DNA from: Methanocorpusculum sp.
Lineage (GTDB): Archaea > Halobacteriota > Methanomicrobia > Methanomicrobiales > Methanocorpusculaceae
Assembly (NCBI GenBank): GCA_017408885.1
Contig: JAFQTT010000011.1
Span: 95,567-119,566 of the forward strand
Length of the DNA stretch: 24,000 nucleotides
Direction of reading: 5' to 3'
The position numbers were made by a program, and so were the translations under genes. Positions 15,602 through 23,436 of this stretch are shown one piece after another; within the stretch, counting starts at the first letter, position 1; the number at the start of each line of letters is the position of its first letter. The notes under the pieces are model-generated. The model worked only from the letters and a program-made list of their open reading frames with translations. It had not been told where the DNA came from and did no database searches.

Positions 15602-16143
15602 GTCCTGGAATTAACGAGATTATCGCCGTAACAAAGGATAATGCCGCCCCAATCGGGATTATTCTAAGGGACGGTCAGTGTCCGAAGATGATTCTCTTCA
15701 AGGGCTCAAAGACCGAGGAGAACATCAGAAAGTACGGGTGGGTTACTGCAAACTTTGTATCCCGCGCATCTTTATATGCCCGCTATGCTTTTTCGGATGT
15801 TGAGCTCTCAGAACTTACAGCAGAAGGAGATATGCAGCGTTTACGCGAGGCGGATGCATGGATCGGGTTTAGAGCTGAGGTCACACACGAGACAGAGCAG
15901 ACCTATATGGTCGATTTAACTCCTGTCTCGGAGTTTATCCTCACCCCAAATATCCGCAGAGTAAACCGCGGATTTGATGCAGTAATTGATGCAACAGTTC
16001 ATGCAACACGCTATGTGTTTAATCACTCCGAAGACCTGAAGCAGAAGATTTTGTATGACTTCGAGCTGATTAGAAAATGCGGGGGCGAGGATGAGTTTGC
16101 CGCAAAGAAGATTTTAGCAGAAGTCTGTAAGATCTCTGAATAA
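15583..16143 (+). CDS. DUF447-family (flavin-reductase-like split-barrel) protein
   Basis: The N-terminus INEIIAVTKDNAAPIGII resembles the DUF447 pattern, and the length is about 186 aa. The start overlaps the CitG-like gene end; an alternative ATG is at 15589. Confidence 0.5.
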   Translation: MGMGLLSPGINEIIAVTKDNAAPIGIILRDGQCPKMILFKGSKTEENIRKYGWVTANFVSRASLYARYAFSDVELSELTAEGDMQRLREADAWIGFRAEVTHETEQTYMVDLTPVSEFILTPNIRRVNRGFDAVIDATVHATRYVFNHSEDLKQKILYDFELIRKCGGEDEFAAKKILAEVCKISE

Positions 16144-16144
16144 C

Positions 16145-16150
16145 TTTTTT
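16145..16150 (+). terminator. Oligo-T (T6) terminator one nt after the DUF447 stop
   Basis: Sequence is taaCTTTTTTcag. Confidence 0.5.
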
Positions 16151-16227
16151 CAGACCTGCCTTTAACTCATTACTCCAACAGGAAGTCAATTACGTTTTTG
16201 ATAATGATTCCGTCTTCGCTTACCGGA

Positions 16228-16287
16228 TATGTTTTGAAAGTATGTTTTCAAAAGTGCGCAAGTTTGGTATGTTTTGAAAGTATGTTT
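16228..16287. repeat. Perfect 20-bp direct repeat TATGTTTTGAAAGTATGTTT x2 upstream of mcm
   Basis: Copies are at 16228-16247 and 16268-16287, 40 bp apart. Each contains TATGTTT twice. Copy 1 is followed by TTTCAAAA, which forms an 8-bp inverted repeat with TTTTGAAA. Confidence 0.85.
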
Positions 16288-16376
16288 ACAATATTTCTTT
16301 ATTGTGTCCTGCCGTTTAGAGTACAAAGACAGTCATCCAAAGCCCTTATCTAACGAGACATCATATAGTTACAACA

Positions 16377-16382
16377 AGGAGG
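16377..16382 (+). promoter_or_regulatory. Shine-Dalgarno-like AGGAGG preceding the GTG start of mcm
   Basis: aaggaggaagtGTG: four nt separate the motif from the GTG at 16387. Confidence 0.5.
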
Positions 16383-16386
16383 AAGT

Positions 16387-18513
16387 GTGGAAGAACTCGA
16401 AGTAATCGACAGAGCCGAACAATGGGCTGGCTTCTTAAAAAAGAAATGCAAAGCCCAGCTCAACAAAATATCGCGTGAATTCCCGAGCACCCGCTCTCTG
16501 GAAATCGGCTACGATGTTCTCGAAAAATACGGAAAGACCGGAACCATCCTTGCAGATGACCTGCTTGAGCACCCGGGAAAAACCCTAAACGACATCAAAG
16601 ACGCAATTCGTGCCGCTCACTTAATCTCTGGAAAAGATATCGAAGGAAACGACATCTCGGATGAAATCATAAACAAAACAAACATCAGATTCATCCACCT
16701 TCCAAGAAAAACACTCGTTCGCGATATCAGATCTGAGCACATCAACAAATTCATCAGTGTTGACGGAATCATCCGCCGTGCAACCGAAGTCCGCCCGAGG
16801 CTTGTTGTTGGAGCATTCCGCTGTGCAAACGGTCACATCACCAAAAAAGCACAGGAGTATGGAAGCTACAGCGAGCCTGACATGTGCGGAAACGCTGAGT
16901 GTACACAGAAAAAGCTCGAGCTCATCCAAAGCCTCTCAACCTTTATCGACTCGCAGAAACTTCGTGTACAGGAAACACCGGAAGGACTTCGCGGAGGAGA
17001 GCAGCCGCAGACAATCGATATCGATTGTGTAGATGACATCTGCGGAACTGTAACGCCCGGAGACCGCGTCATCATCAACGGAATCTTAAGAAGCGTTCAG
17101 CGTGTCCAGAACGGACAGAAAAGCACCGTCTTTGACCTCTACATCGAATGTAACTCCATCGAAATCTCTGTAAAAGAGTTCGAAGAAGTAAACATCACAG
17201 AAGAGGATGAGGCAGCCATTATCGAGATGGCAAAGGATCCTGGAATCTACGGAAAAATTGCCCGCTCGATTGCTCCGACGATTTACGGAAATGAAGACGT
17301 AAAAGAGGCAATCGCTTTGCAGCTCTTTGGAGGAATCGCCAAAGAGATGCCGGATGGAAGCAGTCTTCGAGGAGACATCCACATGCTCTTAGTGGGTGAC
17401 CCGGGTATTGCAAAATCCCAGATTCTAAGATATGTCATCAAACTCGCCCCGCGTGGTGTCTACACATCAGGAAAGTCTGCATCGTCTGCGGGTCTGACTG
17501 CTGCTGCCGTCAAGGATGACTTAGGCGACGGCAGATGGACACTTGAGGCCGGAGCTCTGGTTCTTGCCGACAAAGGAATGGCAGCGGTTGATGAGATGGA
17601 CAAAATGCAAAAGGATGACCGTTCCTCACTTCACGAAGCAATGGAACAGCAGTCAATCTCGATTGCAAAGGCAGGAATCAACGCGACCCTTAGAACCCGC
17701 TGTTCGCTTCTTGGAGCGGCAAACCCGAAGCTTGGAAGATTTGATGAGTACTCAAACATCTCCGAGCAGATTAACATGCCGCCGTCGCTTCTGTCCCGTT
17801 TCGATTTAATCTTCATCTTAAAGGATGAACCAAACGAAACACGCGACTTAAACATCGCAAACCACATCTTAAAGTCCCACTCGGCAGGAGAAAAGATTAT
17901 GCGGCATCAGAAGTACCCGATTCCGGGAGCGGATGAAGAGTACTTCAAACAGGAACTTGCTCCGGTTACAGCAGAAATTGATGCTGTAATGCTTCGAAAG
18001 TATCTGGCATACGCAAAACGCAACTGCTTCCCGCTTTTAACGCCGGAAGCAAAGGATGCGCTTGTGGATTATTACAAGAAGCTTAGAAGCGTTGCATACG
18101 ACAATCAGGACAAACCAGTCCCGGTCACTGCCCGTCAGCTGGAAGCACTCGTCAGACTTGCTGAGGCTAGTGCGCGTGTTCGTCTCGCTGATACAATCGA
18201 GATGGACGATGCAACCCGTGTCATCAAAATTGTTGACACATGTCTTAGGCAGGTCGCATATGACCCGAAGACCGGAAATCTCGACATCGACAAAATTGCA
18301 TCAGGTACAACAAAAGCGGGCAGAACCCTTCGCCGTGACTTAAAGGACACAATTAAAGAGTGCATGGACGGAGGAGCCGCAAAGATTGATGCGGTTTACG
18401 CAAAGATGGTCTCGATGAACTACTCGAAAGAGGAGGTCGAGAAGATGATTGAAACAATGAGAAGAAACGGAGAGCTCCTTACTCCGAAGAACGACACAGT
18501 AAAATTAATTTGA
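16387..18513 (+). CDS. mcm: MCM replicative helicase
   Basis: N-terminal Zn motif CANGH..CGNAEC, Walker A GDPGIAKSQ, Walker B AAVDEMDKM and arginine finger SRFDLIF. 708 aa with a GTG start. Confidence 0.92.
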   Translation: MEELEVIDRAEQWAGFLKKKCKAQLNKISREFPSTRSLEIGYDVLEKYGKTGTILADDLLEHPGKTLNDIKDAIRAAHLISGKDIEGNDISDEIINKTNIRFIHLPRKTLVRDIRSEHINKFISVDGIIRRATEVRPRLVVGAFRCANGHITKKAQEYGSYSEPDMCGNAECTQKKLELIQSLSTFIDSQKLRVQETPEGLRGGEQPQTIDIDCVDDICGTVTPGDRVIINGILRSVQRVQNGQKSTVFDLYIECNSIEISVKEFEEVNITEEDEAAIIEMAKDPGIYGKIARSIAPTIYGNEDVKEAIALQLFGGIAKEMPDGSSLRGDIHMLLVGDPGIAKSQILRYVIKLAPRGVYTSGKSASSAGLTAAAVKDDLGDGRWTLEAGALVLADKGMAAVDEMDKMQKDDRSSLHEAMEQQSISIAKAGINATLRTRCSLLGAANPKLGRFDEYSNISEQINMPPSLLSRFDLIFILKDEPNETRDLNIANHILKSHSAGEKIMRHQKYPIPGADEEYFKQELAPVTAEIDAVMLRKYLAYAKRNCFPLLTPEAKDALVDYYKKLRSVAYDNQDKPVPVTARQLEALVRLAEASARVRLADTIEMDDATRVIKIVDTCLRQVAYDPKTGNLDIDKIASGTTKAGRTLRRDLKDTIKECMDGGAAKIDAVYAKMVSMNYSKEEVEKMIETMRRNGELLTPKNDTVKLI

Positions 18514-18523
18514 GGTAAAAATT

Positions 18524-18847
18524 ATGGCAACAGATAGAGAAAACGCAGTATTTGAAGCAGCAATTAAGCTTGGTGCACTCTACCACCAGTTCGTTGGAAC
18601 TCCAATCTCCAGAGCAACCGCAGACAAAGTAGAAGCAGCAATTGAAAGCGCTGTCTCCCTTCAGCCGTATGTAACAAGCATCAAGGTAACCCTTGACCGC
18701 TCATTAATGAACGAGAATCCGTTTGGATACTCTGAACTGACCGGCGCAATGTACGATGCAGTTATCGAGACCAAATTCGGAGATGCAACCTGCAAAGCAT
18801 CCTTAAAGTTCGAGAACGGCTACCCGATGATGAAAATTATCGAGTAA
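18524..18847 (+). CDS. mptD: Archaeal-type dihydroneopterin aldolase (MptD-like, methanopterin biosynthesis)
   Basis: The roughly 107-aa size and the motif IKLGALYHQFVGTP match my recollection of the archaeal DHNA (MptD) family. This was not verified by a search. Confidence 0.55.
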   Translation: MATDRENAVFEAAIKLGALYHQFVGTPISRATADKVEAAIESAVSLQPYVTSIKVTLDRSLMNENPFGYSELTGAMYDAVIETKFGDATCKASLKFENGYPMMKIIE

Positions 18848-18848
18848 C

Positions 18849-19193
18849 ATGACATTCCATCCGACAAACAACCCGTTGTTCTGGCAGCAGACGGCAGATA
18901 CCTGTCTTGAGCAGGGAAGATTTGAAAAAGCAGCCGAAGCATACCTGCGCCTTGCAGAACTCACTCCAAACGATGCGGACGCATGGAAAGGAAGAGGCAA
19001 GGCTCTTCTTTCCCTTGAGAGAAATGCGGATGCTGCCGGATGTTTCGAGCGTGCTCTTCTTCTCTTAGAAGATGATGAGGAGACCTTGTCTCTTCTTGCA
19101 GAAGCCCTGGACAGAATCGGCGACCTTGAAAAGAAGACCGCATGTTACATCCGACTTGCTGAACTTGAAGAAAAACAGGTACAGGATTTATAA
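18849..19193 (+). CDS. Small TPR-repeat protein
   Basis: About three TPR-like helix pairs (AEAYLRLAELTPNDADAWKGRGKALLSLERNADAAGCFERAL...). It starts 1 nt after the MptD-like stop. Confidence 0.6.
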   Translation: MTFHPTNNPLFWQQTADTCLEQGRFEKAAEAYLRLAELTPNDADAWKGRGKALLSLERNADAAGCFERALLLLEDDEETLSLLAEALDRIGDLEKKTACYIRLAELEEKQVQDL

Positions 19194-19282
19194 ACTTGGA
19201 GAGCATAGATAGATATAGGTAAAGGTTTAGGCCTTTCCAAAATCCCCAATTACAATTCTTTGGCAAAAGCTAACCTCCGCGA

Positions 19283-19332
19283 TTCGTTCGGAGACGGCAG
19301 GAAGTAAGCACGTGACTTCCCCTCCGAACGAA
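19283..19332. other. Two-tier perfect hairpin (11-bp plus 6-bp stems) between the TPR gene and purB
   Basis: ttcgttcggag (19283-19293) pairs with ctccgaacgaa (19322-19332). The inner stem is ggaagt (19300-19305) with acttcc (19315-19320), and the loop is aagcacgtg. A T5 run follows at 19353-19357. Confidence 0.7.
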
Positions 19333-19397
19333 ATAAGCCAAAATTTCTGATACGTTTTTCCTCAAACTATTTTCCTTAACAGAGCACATATACTCTT

Positions 19398-20744
19398 ATG
19401 ATAATCCACCCGATTGATTTCCGCTACGGAACACCAGAGATGAAGATGGTGTGGAGCGGGGAAAACCGTTTCTCCTGCATTGTAAAAGCAGAAACAGCCC
19501 TCGCTCACTCTCTTGGTGTGTGCGGTATTATCAGTAAAGCTGATGCGGATGCAATCGTCGGAAAAGCAGGATTTGCATCACACAAAAGAGCCAGAGAGAT
19601 TGAAGCCGAAAACAACCATGAAATGACGGCTATTATTCAGGCAATTTCTGAAGTCTGCGGCAGTGCCGGGCGTTTTGTTCATCTCGGGGCAACTTCAAAC
19701 GATATTTTAGATACAGCTTTGGGACTTCAGATAAAAGAGGCTCTTGATATCTTAGATGGAAAATTAAGACGTCTTTTATCTGTTCTTCTAAGGAGAGCTG
19801 ATGAGACAAAACAGCTAGTCTGCATTGGAAGAACTCACGGTCAGCACGCTATTGCGATGACCTACGGACTTCGCTTTGCCGTCTGGGCGGCGGAGACTGC
19901 GCGCCATTTAGAGCGATTGGAAGAGCTTAGGCCAAGAGTCTGTGTTGGAAAACTCACCGGTGCTGTTGGTACAATGGCGTCTCTTGGGAAGGATGGAATC
20001 CGCGTTCAGGCTGAGATGATGAGGTACTTAAATCTCGAATCAGTCGATGTCTCAACGCAGGTGGTGTCCAGAGACCGATATGCAGAGTACATATTTTTCC
20101 TTGCAAACTGTGCAACAACTCTTGAGAAAATCGCTGTTGAGATCCGCTCTCTTCAAAGAACCGAGATTGGAGAAGTAACAGAGCCTTATCATAAAAATCA
20201 GGTTGGATCATCTGCGATGCCTCACAAGCGAAATCCGGTTAAGTGTGAGCAGATATGCGGGCTTGCAAGAATTATCCGCAGCATGGTAGAACCAGCTCTT
20301 CTAAACAACACTCTCTGGGATGAGCGTGATTTAACAAACTCTGCCCCGGAGCGCATTACATTTACTGAAGCTTCTGTCTTAACCGATCACTGCCTGAAGA
20401 TTTCGGCTGATGTAATTGAGAACCTGACAATAAATGAAGAGGCTGTGTCATATAATCTGCATTACATGCAGGGGGTAAATCTCGCAGAATCTCTGATGAC
20501 CGAAGCTGTAAAGCGCGGAATGCCAAGAGAGACTGCTCATGAGATAATCAGAAAAGCAAGCCGCAGGGCTTTGGATGAGAAACGCATGCTGTCAGATGTT
20601 CTGGATGGAACTGAGTTGATGTCTTTGTTCGAAAAAGAGGAAATTTCGGCACATCTCAATGCCTTGGAATATGTCGGGCTTTCTGTTTTGCAGGTGGAGA
20701 ATTTAATATCCAAACTTTCAGCGCATCTGCACTCTGCTGTCTAA
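19398..20744 (+). CDS. purB: Adenylosuccinate lyase
   Basis: Fumarate-lyase superfamily signatures GATSNDILDTA and GSSAMPHKRNP. 448 aa. Confidence 0.9.
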   Translation: MIIHPIDFRYGTPEMKMVWSGENRFSCIVKAETALAHSLGVCGIISKADADAIVGKAGFASHKRAREIEAENNHEMTAIIQAISEVCGSAGRFVHLGATSNDILDTALGLQIKEALDILDGKLRRLLSVLLRRADETKQLVCIGRTHGQHAIAMTYGLRFAVWAAETARHLERLEELRPRVCVGKLTGAVGTMASLGKDGIRVQAEMMRYLNLESVDVSTQVVSRDRYAEYIFFLANCATTLEKIAVEIRSLQRTEIGEVTEPYHKNQVGSSAMPHKRNPVKCEQICGLARIIRSMVEPALLNNTLWDERDLTNSAPERITFTEASVLTDHCLKISADVIENLTINEEAVSYNLHYMQGVNLAESLMTEAVKRGMPRETAHEIIRKASRRALDEKRMLSDVLDGTELMSLFEKEEISAHLNALEYVGLSVLQVENLISKLSAHLHSAV

Positions 20745-21842
20745 GAGAACTTCCTGAGGCTGGTGTTTGAGGCTTACTGCGGCACAGGCACCAATTACTC
20801 CTCTTCCTCCAAATATCTGAACACCGCAGGCTTTTGCTTTTTCTTTTACATAATCAAGAGATACTCTGCCGCGTCTGATTTCAGCAGCTAAGGCTTCCAT
20901 CTCTTTTGGAACAAAAATTCCGCGAAGGATAGCAATCCCCCACTCTTCAGATACGCTTTCGTCTTCAACAAAGCGGCAGACTTTGGCGAGCAGATTCGGA
21001 AAAGCTTCAGGTGTTACAGCAACCTCTAAGAAACTGCATGAGTTGCCTGCTGTCATCTCCTCGATATCCTGGGAAAGAGATGCTACCTGATGTCTGATTG
21101 GAATTACGTCGCCTGATTCTGTCAGATATTTCATCAAAGCGTGCGTCAGCGCAAACGTGGCACCGCCGCATCCTTTTCTGTCTGTGTCGTCTACTCCGAT
21201 AGTTACTGGAACCAGGGCCTTTGTTCGAACTTTTCCTGTGACAACACCGTCTTTTGCTGAAACCAGAACCCCTGATACTCCTTTTGCCATTCCCATCATA
21301 GATGAGAGTGAGTATGCAGGACCGCCTTTTACCGACTGGATTGTCTGAACAACCTCGTCTCCTTCGAGTTCTACCGAGAGGAGACCGACTGCTGCTTTTT
21401 CCAGATTAATTGGAGATGATGACGAAAGCTTTGCTCTTTCCTGAAACATCATGCCGTCTCTTGAGACCTCGACTGCTGCTCCTCCTGCATTTCTGTGATG
21501 GAACTCACAAAATCCTGCACATCCGCTTGAAAGGCATTCGTGGAAAATTTCCACATCATCTCCGTCAACGGTTGTAAAAATCCGGCGGCAGGTACTCTTC
21601 GGCATCGCACTTCTGGATGCGTAGCGGGCAGGGCTTCTTCCTCTTTTCTCCTCTTTTACAAATATGCAGCCCTCAAGAATTAAGCGGTTAACCCAGTCCT
21701 GAGCAGTTGAACGCGGGACATCTGCTTCCTCCGCGATGTCAGCGGTTGTAAAATATCCGGACTCAAACGTCTTCCGGCGCATTGCCTGGATAAAAAGAGT
21801 GCGGCGGTGAAGAACACCGCTTCGTTTTTCTTTAGAAACCAT
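20718..21842 (-). CDS. Winged-HTH protein with a Cys/His cluster and a C-terminal TiaS-kinase-like (DUF1743-like) domain
   Basis: wHTH segment: FTTADIAEEADVPRSTAQDWVNRLILEGCIFVKEEKRGRSPARY. Cys/His cluster: C-x15-HxC-x4-C-x3-C-x2-HH. C-terminal TIGVDDTDRKGCGGATF...GGRGVIGACAAV resembles the GIDDTDS...GRGxIGAxAA pattern of the TiaS N-terminal domain. The start was chosen at the internal ATG 21842, because the track start 21935 would overlap hom by 104 nt. Confidence 0.6.
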   Translation of the reverse strand: MVSKEKRSGVLHRRTLFIQAMRRKTFESGYFTTADIAEEADVPRSTAQDWVNRLILEGCIFVKEEKRGRSPARYASRSAMPKSTCRRIFTTVDGDDVEIFHECLSSGCAGFCEFHHRNAGGAAVEVSRDGMMFQERAKLSSSSPINLEKAAVGLLSVELEGDEVVQTIQSVKGGPAYSLSSMMGMAKGVSGVLVSAKDGVVTGKVRTKALVPVTIGVDDTDRKGCGGATFALTHALMKYLTESGDVIPIRHQVASLSQDIEEMTAGNSCSFLEVAVTPEAFPNLLAKVCRFVEDESVSEEWGIAILRGIFVPKEMEALAAEIRRGRVSLDYVKEKAKACGVQIFGGRGVIGACAAVSLKHQPQEVLLDSRVQMR

Positions 21843-22809
21843 ATTTGTCGTGGATGTAGAGTAAATCCGAGAGAATTGCGGATGCAGTCTCAACAGAACC
21901 GGCTCCGCGTCCAATAAATGTGACGTCTCCGGCATATTCCGTCTCGACTGTTACTGCGTTTAATGTCTCGGAAAGTACTAACGGGTCGTCTTCTGAGAGA
22001 AGACGCGGAGAGACTTCCAGGTCTTTCTTATCCGGATAGAGGGATGCGATTAAGCGGATGGTCTGTCCTGTTGAGTGAGCCATCTTGATTGCCTCAGGAG
22101 TTAAGCGGTCGATTCCGGTGCGCTGAACATCCTTTAATGTGACATTCATTCCAAGGACTGTGTTTGCGAGAATGACGAGCTTGATTGCTGCATCCGTTCC
22201 GTTCACGTCATAAGTCGGGTCTGCCTCTGCATATCCTAAGTCGCGGGCTTCTGCTAATGCCTGAACATAGGTTAATCCCTCTTCTTCCATTCTGGATAAG
22301 ATGTAGTTGCAGGTTCCGTTTAAGACACCGAAGAGTGCTTTTACTTTGTTTCCTGCAAGACCGTTTTTGATTCCGTTGATGATTGGAACTGCTCCGGCAA
22401 CGGTTCCTTCGAAGCGGAGTGATACCCCGTTTTCTTCGGCTAAGGATTCAAGCTCGCGGTAGTATAAGGAGATTGGTCCTTTGTTGGATGTTACCACATG
22501 CTTTCCTCTGGATAATGCGATTTTGATTGTGGAAAGTGCCGGTTCTCCGGTCTCGGCGTTGGTCGGGGTTACTTCGACTAAGACATCGTAATCAACTTCG
22601 GCTGCTATTCTAAATGCAGTCCAGTCCGGGGTTCCAATGCGTCCTGTGTCTTTTTTGGCCTGTAAGAGGCGGTCAATATCTAATCCGTCAGGGTTTACTG
22701 TTCCGCTCTTTGAGTCTGCTGCGGCAACGATTTTGAAGCGGGAATCATTTTTGAGAACGTGGGATACTCCGCGTCCGACAGAGCCCATTCCGATTAATGC
22801 GACTTTCAT
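21832..22809 (-). CDS. hom: Homoserine dehydrogenase
   Basis: N-terminal Rossmann motif VALIGMGSVGRGV. The catalytic/substrate domain carries GTCNYILSRM and DPTYDVNGTDAAIKLVILAN. 325 aa. Confidence 0.88.
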   Translation of the reverse strand: MKVALIGMGSVGRGVSHVLKNDSRFKIVAAADSKSGTVNPDGLDIDRLLQAKKDTGRIGTPDWTAFRIAAEVDYDVLVEVTPTNAETGEPALSTIKIALSRGKHVVTSNKGPISLYYRELESLAEENGVSLRFEGTVAGAVPIINGIKNGLAGNKVKALFGVLNGTCNYILSRMEEEGLTYVQALAEARDLGYAEADPTYDVNGTDAAIKLVILANTVLGMNVTLKDVQRTGIDRLTPEAIKMAHSTGQTIRLIASLYPDKKDLEVSPRLLSEDDPLVLSETLNAVTVETEYAGDVTFIGRGAGSVETASAILSDLLYIHDKYGF

Positions 22810-23342
22810 TATAAGCGTCCTCCAAGTTCATCGACAATCATAAGCTGTTTTTCTGCGGCAATCGCTTCGAGCTGTTCGATTGCGTTGTCCATCTCTGCTT
22901 CTGTGACTGCTTTGATGGTGAGTTTTGCAGTGGACGGCTCATCCATGTTCGGCATAATCATGTGAAGTTCGGTGACTTCGGTGATGTCTTTTTTGTCAAT
23001 TCTGTTGATGGTGTCGGTTAAGTCTGTGTGCAGGATGTGTCCGATTAAGATGAAGGTCTTTGTACACATCAGACGTTCGATTCCGACACGTGAAATCATG
23101 ATTCCGTTTGCACGAAGTGCATCGAGAAGCTTTGGAAGAATAGCTTCCTGATGGGAGATGACGATGTCGACAATTAAGTCAGATCCCGGGTCTTCCTCAT
23201 CTCTCTGGTGGGAGATAGTAATAATATTGGCTCCGCTTTCCGAGATTGGCTTAATTGCGGCTAAGAGTTCTCCCGGCTTATCTTTGAGCTGGAGTTTTAA
23301 GGTGGTTCTGATATATTTCTGCACTGTCTTTGCTCGCGACAT
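22809..23342 (-). CDS. ACT-domain (amino-acid-binding regulatory) protein preceding hom
   Basis: ACT-like [31 protein letters not shown]. The stop overlaps the hom start by 1 nt (TAATG). Confidence 0.65.
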   Translation of the reverse strand: MSRAKTVQKYIRTTLKLQLKDKPGELLAAIKPISESGANIITISHQRDEEDPGSDLIVDIVISHQEAILPKLLDALRANGIMISRVGIERLMCTKTFILIGHILHTDLTDTINRIDKKDITEVTELHMIMPNMDEPSTAKLTIKAVTEAEMDNAIEQLEAIAAEKQLMIVDELGGRL

Positions 23343-23400
23343 GTATGGGTTATTATTTGGCTGTGAAAGTATAACTAATCTTTTGAGGGGAGACTACCAC

Positions 23401-23410
23401 CTATATTTAT
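23401..23410 (+). promoter_or_regulatory. TATA-like box CTATATTTAT upstream of dcd
   Basis: It lies 27-36 nt upstream of the ATG at 23437, consistent with a short or absent leader. Confidence 0.3.
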
Positions 23411-23436
23411 CAAATGAGAATGCGAATATTAATAGT

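Noticed and set aside
19194-19397. A purine riboswitch upstream of purB
   Set aside because: The conserved purine-riboswitch core and three-way junction are absent. The hairpin is a simple two-tier stem.
21843-21935. The longer 405-aa version of the wHTH/TiaS-like ORF, starting at 21935
   Set aside because: It would overlap the hom coding end by 104 nt. The extra 31 residues are low-complexity and precede the first helix of the wHTH, so the ATG at 21842 is the more parsimonious start.
23158-23436. The 93-aa N-terminal extension of the dcd ORF, from the track start 23158
   Set aside because: The extension is antisense to the ACT-domain gene and runs through the promoter gap. Dcd-family similarity begins at MILVDWEI (ATG at 23437), and a TATA-like box lies about 30 nt upstream of it.
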